A stretch of DNA of 64,000 nt from Candidatus Saccharimonadales bacterium (GTDB lineage Bacteria > Patescibacteriota > Saccharimonadia > Saccharimonadales > JAGPDM01), in assembly GCA_044227985.1 (NCBI GenBank), contig JBGAVT010000001.1, forward strand, positions 6,216-70,215, read 5' to 3'. The position numbers and the translations under genes were made by a program. This document shows positions 48,956 to 56,455 of the stretch, piece after piece. The notes beneath the pieces are model-generated. The model saw only the letters and a program-made list of their open reading frames with translations. It was not told the DNA's origin and did no database searches. The number at the start of each line of letters is the position of its first letter. Positions within the stretch are counted from its first letter, which is position 1.

Positions 48956-49133
48956 AATATAATGATTTAATATAGTCAAAAATGGTGTTTAGTTTAATAT
49001 AGATCTACACCGTAGTACAAGGCAAATTTTTATAGACTGCTGAATCGATCTTACAATTTTTCTGAACAGCACCTTCAAAAAGACTACGGTGAAATATATT
49101 TTTCACATTGGATAAATCGCTAGCAACTCCTAA

Positions 49134-50795
49134 TTAGTTGAATAATTGCGGTCTGGTGACATCAGAAATTTTATGGGACTCACCGCCCTCGGTCGATATT
49201 ACAAAATCAGATGACTGTCCTGGGCTATTGTCGTAGTACACAATCGTATCATTTCCAATCCAGTTTATATCGCTACTAATTGAATCTGCCGTAGCGATTA
49301 TTTTACTCTCAGAAGCGCCAGAAAGACTACGTACAACTATTACGTTCTTACCATCGCGTTCTTCAACCCACGCTGCTTTCGATAAATCTCTAGAATAGCG
49401 AATTACTAAATCTTGTAATCCTGCTGGCTCACCCTCAAGCTGTGTTTGGTTGCTACTGTCTGTATTAAGCTGCCACCAATCAAGCGCCTGTTCATCTTTC
49501 TTCTGAGAGCTAAAGACTAGTTGGTTGACGGAAGTAAGATTAAGATTATAGATAGTCGCAGCTAGATGGTTTTTGGGATCTACCCCAGCAGTAGACATGC
49601 TTCGCAGTCCCGTAAAACTAGCACCACTGGTCTCAAATAGCGTGAAGAAAATTCTATCTTTTACTAGTTGTATAGAACCATATTGCGGGCTGCTAGAAAG
49701 CTCATCTTTAGATGACGTTTTTGTGTTAACAGTCGAGATGTAGCTATCTCCATCATTATCTTTTTTATCAACTCGTGACGAATAGACAAATGTATCACCA
49801 GACCATCCAATGGGGCTAATATAGCTAGCCTGATCGATCTTCTTATTGGAACCATCATTTGTAACCAAATAAATACTTGTTAAAAGATTACCACCTTTAT
49901 CGCGCTCCCCATTGCGTGTCGAAATTACGACCGTATCCTTTCCATTCGGTGCCGTGCTCGACATAGTACCGCTGCCCTCTTTGCCTGTTGCAGCCAAAAC
50001 GACCGACTGCTCACTGCCATCAAATCTTGAACGGTAGGTATTGTACTTGCCTTCACGTTGACTGATAAAAAAGTGCCAGCTATCAGGAACCAGAGTGACG
50101 ATTTGAGTTTTTTCACTACTTTGGTTGATGCTAAATTTATTAGCAATATAACCATTCTTTTTAACTACTATATCCACTAATGGTTGCTCGGAGTTACGTT
50201 CGACTGTAACAATAGCTCGCCCAGCCTCATCGGTTGTGATCCCTTGTTGATTGTAGCCAACATCTGCGGCTGCAATTGGTTTTTGACTAAGCCAGTCTAC
50301 CACTGTCAATTCGAGTTGCTTACCTGTCGGCACAAGATAGATTTCTCCAAAATTATTATCATTGTAGCCAAGCACAACATCTTTGCCTTGGTTTTGATAA
50401 CCTTCAATTTCAATTTTAAGTTCGGTATCACCGAACTGCATCGCTCTAAACTTAGCTCGTCCTCTACGGTCACTTTCTTCCTTCTTTCCCGCTATCGATA
50501 CTATGGCCCCTTTAATTGGCTGCTTAGTTCTATCATCGCGTATAACAACTTCAGCTTTTGTCTTCATCCCGATTATATTAAAGGCTTGAAAGCGCCATTT
50601 TGGCATGGCATAAATGGTTCCAACAGCTGCTGTTAAAAGTAAAAGTACTATAAATAATTTACCAAAAGGACTTTTCCAAAGCTTGATACATCGACGCCTA
50701 AGCCAGTGTGCCAAACCCGGCCGGCCGACGTGAATTTTCTTTTGATCAGATATTTTATGGCCTTCTGGTATTTCTCTTTTACTGTCTTCTGGCAT
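49134..50795 (-). CDS. Hypothetical membrane-anchored extracytoplasmic protein (carboxypeptidase-regulatory-like and beta-propeller-like regions)
   Basis: N-terminal TM (LFIVLLLLTAAVGTIYA); CarboxypepD_reg-like segment (KGAIVSIAGKKEESDRRGRAKF…); repetitive beta-strand-rich remainder. Confidence 0.45.
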   Translation of the reverse strand: MPEDSKREIPEGHKISDQKKIHVGRPGLAHWLRRRCIKLWKSPFGKLFIVLLLLTAAVGTIYAMPKWRFQAFNIIGMKTKAEVVIRDDRTKQPIKGAIVSIAGKKEESDRRGRAKFRAMQFGDTELKIEIEGYQNQGKDVVLGYNDNNFGEIYLVPTGKQLELTVVDWLSQKPIAAADVGYNQQGITTDEAGRAIVTVERNSEQPLVDIVVKKNGYIANKFSINQSSEKTQIVTLVPDSWHFFISQREGKYNTYRSRFDGSEQSVVLAATGKEGSGTMSSTAPNGKDTVVISTRNGERDKGGNLLTSIYLVTNDGSNKKIDQASYISPIGWSGDTFVYSSRVDKKDNDGDSYISTVNTKTSSKDELSSSPQYGSIQLVKDRIFFTLFETSGASFTGLRSMSTAGVDPKNHLAATIYNLNLTSVNQLVFSSQKKDEQALDWWQLNTDSSNQTQLEGEPAGLQDLVIRYSRDLSKAAWVEERDGKNVIVVRSLSGASESKIIATADSISSDINWIGNDTIVYYDNSPGQSSDFVISTEGGESHKISDVTRPQLFN

Positions 50796-50829
50796 TCTTA
50801 AATTCTAGCATAAGCGGATTGAATAGCGA

Positions 50830-51306
50830 TTAGTATTTTGCAAATAGCTGCACGCTTGAATTGTCTAATTTTATAGCAAGGGTGGATATGGGGAGTTTGG
50901 TATTTGGGTCTAATAAATCACCAACAATTTGCGCGAGTGGAACTAATACAAATGCTCGGTCTGTAAGCTGAGGATGTGGAATAGTCAATCGTTGAGAACT
51001 AATCTGTTTATCATCAAAAAGCAATATATCGATATCTATTTCGCGTGGACCCCATCGATAAGTTTCGGTTCGGCCTAAGTCAGCTTCAATTTTTTTAATA
51101 ATACTCAACACTTCTTCTGGTGTTTTATCAGTTTCAGCGGTTAAGCAGGCGTTGAGAAAATCAGGCTGGTTTTCTTCCCCCCAGGCTTTAGTTTCATAAA
51201 TACTTGATACTTTATCAATAGAAAAGTAATGTGATAATTTATCAACAGTTCTACGAATATAATCCTCTCTATCGCCAACATTGCTACCGAGCCCGAGCGC
51301 AATCAT
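50830..51306 (-). CDS. folK: 2-amino-4-hydroxy-6-hydroxymethyldihydropteridine pyrophosphokinase (HPPK)
   Basis: ALGLGSNVGD…, …GPREIDIDILLFDD…. Length 158 aa. Confidence 0.85.
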   Translation of the reverse strand: MIALGLGSNVGDREDYIRRTVDKLSHYFSIDKVSSIYETKAWGEENQPDFLNACLTAETDKTPEEVLSIIKKIEADLGRTETYRWGPREIDIDILLFDDKQISSQRLTIPHPQLTDRAFVLVPLAQIVGDLLDPNTKLPISTLAIKLDNSSVQLFAKY

Positions 51307-51902
51307 ACTTTTTTTCGGTTCAAATGCAGAACCTTCCTTCTTAGTATTATTACAGAAACTAAAAGCACATTAAAAATAAAGATGTAAAGAGGAAATGCGT
51401 AGGTAGCAAAACTCCATGTATCTATCGTTAGTAAAACTAGCAGTGAGTTAACGATGCCGAAAAGAAAGACCACATATGCTTCTGAGAGCGGGTGTGTGAA
51501 GGCTTTTTTAAAGATCGGCAACCCAGCGCTTAAGTCGGCGATGATAGAAAAAATAATAGCCAAAATACCACTACCGCTTAGTGCCCAAACAACAATTGCA
51601 AGAATTGCGAAAAAACCGCAGTAATAATCAAATTTATCCAGCTTCCAGTAAGCTTTTTTGTTCACGAAAGAGGCTAAGAATATCATCAGTGGATTGAACC
51701 CGACTATAAACGAAAGGAGCGCTTGTTTACCTACTCCTTCACTTAATGCCGCGAAGAAAGCAATCATTGGTACGATACTAAGTAGCAGCCAGCTCAGACG
51801 GTTAGGCTGCACTTTGCCAAGTAAGGTCAAACGAACATAGCTCAAACCACCCAGAAATGATATTAACGTTCCAACATAAATGAACCATTCTGGTAGCATC
51901 AA
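51303..51902 (-). CDS. Small polytopic membrane protein (about 6 TM), paralog B; possible substrate-capture/transporter component
   Basis: MMLPEWFIYVGTLISFLGGLSYVRLTLLGKVQPNRLSWLL…. Clear paralog of the upstream gene (shared KxxPNRxxW motif and helix pattern). 4-nt overlap with folK. Confidence 0.45.
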   Translation of the reverse strand: MMLPEWFIYVGTLISFLGGLSYVRLTLLGKVQPNRLSWLLLSIVPMIAFFAALSEGVGKQALLSFIVGFNPLMIFLASFVNKKAYWKLDKFDYYCGFFAILAIVVWALSGSGILAIIFSIIADLSAGLPIFKKAFTHPLSEAYVVFLFGIVNSLLVLLTIDTWSFATYAFPLYIFIFNVLLVSVIILRRKVLHLNRKKV

Positions 51903-52489
51903 TTAAATGCTTTCTGTTGTTTAAGACTGCCAAATTTAATTAATAACGCCATTATTCCCGTTATCACTGTTAAGTAGAGAGGAAACGAAAGCTCTGCAAA
52001 ACTCCATTCCTGAATTGTAAATAATGTAGTTATGCCAGATAAAAAAGTTAGCCCATAAGCGAGAACGTTCTCGGTCTCAGGATGAGTAAAGCATTTCTTC
52101 ATTGTGGGGAAACTCGCCAGACCATCAGCTGTAATCGAAAGTATAATTGCTAAACTAGCATTCTTGGTCAGCTGCCATAACATTATAGCTAAAACTACAA
52201 AAACCGCTAAGATATAATCTTGTTTTTTTGTTTGCCAATATGCATTCTTGTTAAATAGACTAGCAAGTAACACCGTCAATGGAAGTAACGATGAAGAGAG
52301 CGTCAGCAAAACCTGAATGCCAACTCCTTGATTTAGTTGCGCGAATGCTGTGATCAACGGAATTAAAAACCAAAAGAACCACGTTACCCTATTTGGTTTA
52401 CTCTTTCCTTGAAAAGTCGTGACTATATATCCGAGAGTCCCAATTGTATTGATAACAACTGCTACATAAACAAAATAGCTAGGTAACAT
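51899..52489 (-). CDS. Small polytopic membrane protein (about 6 TM), paralog A
   Basis: MLPSYFVYVAVVINTIGTLGYIVTTFQGKSKPNRVTWFFW…. Paralog of 51303..51902, with a 4-nt overlap. Confidence 0.45.
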   Translation of the reverse strand: MLPSYFVYVAVVINTIGTLGYIVTTFQGKSKPNRVTWFFWFLIPLITAFAQLNQGVGIQVLLTLSSSLLPLTVLLASLFNKNAYWQTKKQDYILAVFVVLAIMLWQLTKNASLAIILSITADGLASFPTMKKCFTHPETENVLAYGLTFLSGITTLFTIQEWSFAELSFPLYLTVITGIMALLIKFGSLKQQKAFN

Positions 52490-52551
52490 AATTTACTATG
52501 GATTCAATTGGTTAAAGAATTGCGAGCATACTACTGATATTTTAAAATAGA

Positions 52552-54336
52552 TCATTTTTCAGTTTGTTCAACAACTTCAATAGACAAGTCAGACAACTGC
52601 TCTGGGCTGACGCTACTTGGGCTTTGCATCATCAAATCAACGCCGCTACCGTTCTTCGGAAATGCCACTACCTCACGAATATTGTCTTCGTCCATTAGCA
52701 CCATAAATATCCTATCTAGACCCGGCGCATTCCCCGCATGAGGTGGAGCGCCGTACTTGAATGCACTTATCATCGCCCCAAATCGCTCATCAACTGTTTC
52801 GCGGCTGATTCCTACTACTTCAAATGCAGCATACATAACTTCAGGTTTGTAGTTACGAACCGCACCCGAGCTAGCCTCATAACCATTCATCACAAGATCA
52901 TACTGGTCGGCAATGAGAGCCAATTTTTCTTCGTCAGTTTTTGCAGCTTCAATCGCCGCCAATCCGCCTTTTGGCATACTAAAGGGATTGTGACCAAAAT
53001 CAATTTTCTTTTGTTTTTCATCCCATTCATAAAATGGAAAATCAATGACCCAAAGTAAACTCACCTCATTAGAATCTTTAAGCTTAAAGTGATCCACAAA
53101 AGCAACCCGCACCGCACCCAAAACTTTGTTAACTTCATTTCGCACGCCAGCACCAAAGAAAACTCCGTCGCCATCCTGGACATTGAATTTTGCTTTTATC
53201 ATCTCAATCTCTTGTTCGCTCATAAACTTTGCAATTGGCGACTTCACTTCTCCGTCTGTGAACAATATATAGGCCAGTCCTTTCGCACCGTTTTGCTTGG
53301 CTATTTCTGTGAATCCATCAATTTCTTTACGACTTAAAGATGCGGCGCCTTTAACATCAATTGCTTTAACCACTCCACCGTCCTGTATCGCGTTACCGAA
53401 AACAGAAAACTCTGTATCTGTAAAATCTTCGCTCAAATCTACCAACTTCATATCGTATCGTAAATCAGGTTTATCACTTCCATAGGTATTCATCGCTTCG
53501 TCATAGGTAATACGTGGGACATCTTCAAAGGTTAGTTTCTTACCAGCAAAATCTGTCACGAGTGATGTCATCAACGGATCCATCATCTTTCGAACTTCAT
53601 CACCGTCTTCGACAAACGCCATTTCCATATCAAGCTGATAGAACTCTCCATAAAGTCGATCGTCACGAGGATCTTCATCACGAAAACAAGCTGCAAGCTG
53701 GTAATAGCGTGGAATGCCACCAACCATAAGTAGTTGCTTGAACTGCTGCGGTGCTTGAGGCAGGGCATAAAATCTACCTTGCTGAAAGCGTGATGGAATT
53801 ACAAAGTCTCGCGCTCCTTCTGGACTGGAATTTGCCAAAATTGGAGTTGTAATCTCTGTAAAATCGTTTTTTTCCATGTACTGTCGAATGTAGCTATACA
53901 TTTCTGATCGCCGTTTTAGCATTGTCTGCATTTTCTCACGACGTAAATCAAGATACCGATACTTTAGGCGAGTTTCTTCGTTCGCAACCTGATTGTCTTT
54001 CGTAACACTAAAAGGTAGCGGGTCGGACTTGTTAAGAATCTCTAACATTTCCACAACTACTTCAACTTCACCGGTAGCAATATCTTTATTAATCAATCCA
54101 GATTCTCGGTTGATCACTTTACCAGTGGCTTTCAATACGTATTCGTCGCGAACAGTTTCGGCGACCCTGAAAGCTGCTTCATGATCTGGATGAATCGTTA
54201 GCTGGACGATGCCTGACTCATCCCGAATATCGATAAAAATCACACCGCCGTGGTCACGGCGACTATTCACCCAACCCATCAACATGACTTGTTGGTCGAT
54301 TGATTTATTACTTTCTAATGCTAAACTTCGCTTCAT
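52552..54336 (-). CDS. aspS: Aspartate--tRNA ligase
   Basis: N-terminal OB fold (…GGVIFIDIRDESGIVQL…); class-II motifs including …FRDEDPR… and …GGIPRYYQLA…; GAD insertion domain. 594 aa. Confidence 0.95.
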   Translation of the reverse strand: MKRSLALESNKSIDQQVMLMGWVNSRRDHGGVIFIDIRDESGIVQLTIHPDHEAAFRVAETVRDEYVLKATGKVINRESGLINKDIATGEVEVVVEMLEILNKSDPLPFSVTKDNQVANEETRLKYRYLDLRREKMQTMLKRRSEMYSYIRQYMEKNDFTEITTPILANSSPEGARDFVIPSRFQQGRFYALPQAPQQFKQLLMVGGIPRYYQLAACFRDEDPRDDRLYGEFYQLDMEMAFVEDGDEVRKMMDPLMTSLVTDFAGKKLTFEDVPRITYDEAMNTYGSDKPDLRYDMKLVDLSEDFTDTEFSVFGNAIQDGGVVKAIDVKGAASLSRKEIDGFTEIAKQNGAKGLAYILFTDGEVKSPIAKFMSEQEIEMIKAKFNVQDGDGVFFGAGVRNEVNKVLGAVRVAFVDHFKLKDSNEVSLLWVIDFPFYEWDEKQKKIDFGHNPFSMPKGGLAAIEAAKTDEEKLALIADQYDLVMNGYEASSGAVRNYKPEVMYAAFEVVGISRETVDERFGAMISAFKYGAPPHAGNAPGLDRIFMVLMDEDNIREVVAFPKNGSGVDLMMQSPSSVSPEQLSDLSIEVVEQTEK

Positions 54337-54393
54337 ATCAGGTTATTATAACAGATTATCAAGAGCTTTTAATCTGTTTAATCCAAAAAAACA

Positions 54394-55458
54394 CTACTTA
54401 CCAACTTGAGAAGCGAGATAGCTTTGGACGAAATCTGAGATTTCACCATCGAGCACGGCGCTTGTATCAGAAGTTTCGTGGGATGTACGGGTGTCTTTGA
54501 CCATATTGTACGGGTGAAGCACATAATTTCTGATCTGGTTTCCCCATGCCGCTTTTGTATCTGGACCTTTGATATCAGCAATTTTTTCAGCGTGTTGTTC
54601 TTCGGCGAGCTGAGCTAATTTACTCTTTAATATCTTCATTGCGGTTTCCTTATTCTGAATCTGTGAACGCTCGTTCTGAATCGAAATAACAATATTTGTT
54701 GGAATGTGGGTCACGCGGACCGCACTGTCGGTCGTGTTAACGCTCTGGCCACCATGCCCACCAGCCCGATAAACATCAATCCGTAGGTCTTTATCGTCAA
54801 TCTCAATATCACCAGGCTCGTCAATCAGTGGGGTTATTTCAACCAGCGCAAAGCTAGTCTGTCTGAGATTGTCTGAATTAAACGGACTGAGTCGAACTAA
54901 ACGGTGAACACCGTGCTCGCTTTTCAGTAGACCAAACGCATTCGTACCTTTAATTTCTAGTGTAACTGATTTAATACCGGCTTCATCACCGGCTGATTCG
55001 GTAATCTGCTCGACTTTCCATTTTTGGCCTTGAGCGTAGCGAACATACATCCGCCTGAGCATCCCTGCCCAATCCATAGCATCAGTACCTCCAGTGCCAG
55101 CGTGGATGCTCAGAACAGCATCTTCGCTGTCGTATTGACCGCCAAGCAGTAGTTGGCCGTGTAGCGCCTGATACCTCGCTATGGCTGCTTGCTTCTCATT
55201 GCTGAGCTGGCTGTCATCACCTCCACTAAGCTCTATAATGTCGGCAACTTCTTGTTCGAGTAGTCGCCACGGTTCAACCGTCTCATGCATTCGCGCCAAT
55301 CGCTTCGTCTTAGCTTGCGCCTTGGATTGATCGTTCCAGAAATCAGGACTTGCTTGCTCAAGCTCAATCTCAGCAATCTCTTTTTCTTTGACAGCAATAT
55401 CTAGCTTATTGATCGCATCATTAACCGCATCCGCCAATTGTTTAAACTCAATTTCCAT
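54394..55458 (-). CDS. prfB: Peptide chain release factor 2
   Basis: SPF tripeptide (RLSPFNS) and GGQ (GGHGGQSVNTTDSAVR). Uninterrupted ORF; no +1 frameshift site. Confidence 0.9.
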   Translation of the reverse strand: MEIEFKQLADAVNDAINKLDIAVKEKEIAEIELEQASPDFWNDQSKAQAKTKRLARMHETVEPWRLLEQEVADIIELSGGDDSQLSNEKQAAIARYQALHGQLLLGGQYDSEDAVLSIHAGTGGTDAMDWAGMLRRMYVRYAQGQKWKVEQITESAGDEAGIKSVTLEIKGTNAFGLLKSEHGVHRLVRLSPFNSDNLRQTSFALVEITPLIDEPGDIEIDDKDLRIDVYRAGGHGGQSVNTTDSAVRVTHIPTNIVISIQNERSQIQNKETAMKILKSKLAQLAEEQHAEKIADIKGPDTKAAWGNQIRNYVLHPYNMVKDTRTSHETSDTSAVLDGEISDFVQSYLASQVGK

Positions 55459-55501
55459 ACTCTAACATTAACAAATTCTGCGGTGAGCTGCTTTAACAGA
55501 T

Positions 55502-56038
55502 TTAATTAGAGTCCAGTGTCTCCTGCTCATTATCTCCATACTTGCTTATGATTTCCAAGAATCGTCGTGAGGTCCGCTTAATGCGAAGCTTATCTCTAAA
55601 TCTAGGACGCTCTCCATTAACAACTCTAGGCAATGCAACAGCGTTTGTTGCGGCGGCCTGGAGTGCTTCGCTGCTTGGAGTCTCACCGTTGTGATATTTA
55701 GCAATTGAATAGAGGTCTCGATTGTTGTGTCGACGATCTAACAATCTAGTAAATGAACCAGTCGTGACCTTAAACCCAAGATATATAGTCGCAGCGAGAC
55801 CCAATGATACTACATCCACAGGCAACCCGCCGCCTTGGTACTCAGTATTCTCAACTCCAACGCTCGCTTCAGCTTCCATAAGATCGGTTGTTCTAGCAGC
55901 TAGAGCCACCGCTGCAACCGTGGCTATAAGCGTACCTGGCAACACGGCTTCAACTGTAGCGGGACTAGAGCGTTCGGTCATACTAAAATCAAAAAGTTCG
56001 ACGTCAATCCCCCCTTGTCTACCATCTATTAATTGCAT
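55502..56038 (-). CDS. Hypothetical protein
   Basis: 178-aa Ala/Val/Gly-rich ORF with no motif I can assign. Confidence 0.35.
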   Translation of the reverse strand: MQLIDGRQGGIDVELFDFSMTERSSPATVEAVLPGTLIATVAAVALAARTTDLMEAEASVGVENTEYQGGGLPVDVVSLGLAATIYLGFKVTTGSFTRLLDRRHNNRDLYSIAKYHNGETPSSEALQAAATNAVALPRVVNGERPRFRDKLRIKRTSRRFLEIISKYGDNEQETLDSN

Positions 56039-56280
56039 GATATTTCTCTCCTCTTAATTTGATAATAAACTTTCGTAAATAAATTTGCAAGCATGAGTAC
56101 TTTATTTCATGGATATAACAATATCAGACAGGGATAGGCGCAAAAGAGCCAAAGCCTGAGAGTGAATGTTATTTTAACAATAACGACACAGACAGTGTTT
56201 GAGTAGCGATAAGCTACGAGTTCTGTATGTGATTGTTTCAATAACAATGAACGCATCAAGCGACGTTAGAGCCCAGCGCT

Positions 56281-56310
56281 TTACTCAACTTTGGCGACAA
56301 AGTTGAGTAA
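56281..56310. repeat. Perfect 13-bp inverted repeat with 4-nt loop
   Basis: TTACTCAACTTTG-GCGA-CAAAGTTGAGTAA in the 420-bp intergenic region upstream of the 55502..56038 gene. Confidence 0.85.
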
Positions 56311-56383
56311 ATGGAATCATAGAATTAAAAACTGGAGCCCAGCCTACGCTGGAATGACGTAGCAAAGTTAGTTGACGTAAATC

Positions 56384-56412
56384 AAAAACCCCTCACTATT
56401 TCTAGTAAGGGG
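56384..56412 (-). terminator. Intrinsic terminator downstream of the LPXTG surface-protein gene
   Basis: Minus strand: CCCCTTACT-AGAAAT-AGTGAGGGG followed by TTTTTGATTT. About 45 nt after the stop at 56456. Confidence 0.6.
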
Positions 56413-56455
56413 TTTGAGAGCGGTCAAGCTTGCGAGTCATTCGCTAAAGGATTTA

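Noticed and set aside
55380-55458. Programmed +1 frameshift site in prfB (CUU UGA C)
   Set aside because: The RF2 ORF is continuous from its ATG. The position aligning to the E. coli frameshift codon reads AAG CTA GAT (K-L-D) in frame, so no frameshift or autoregulatory site is present.
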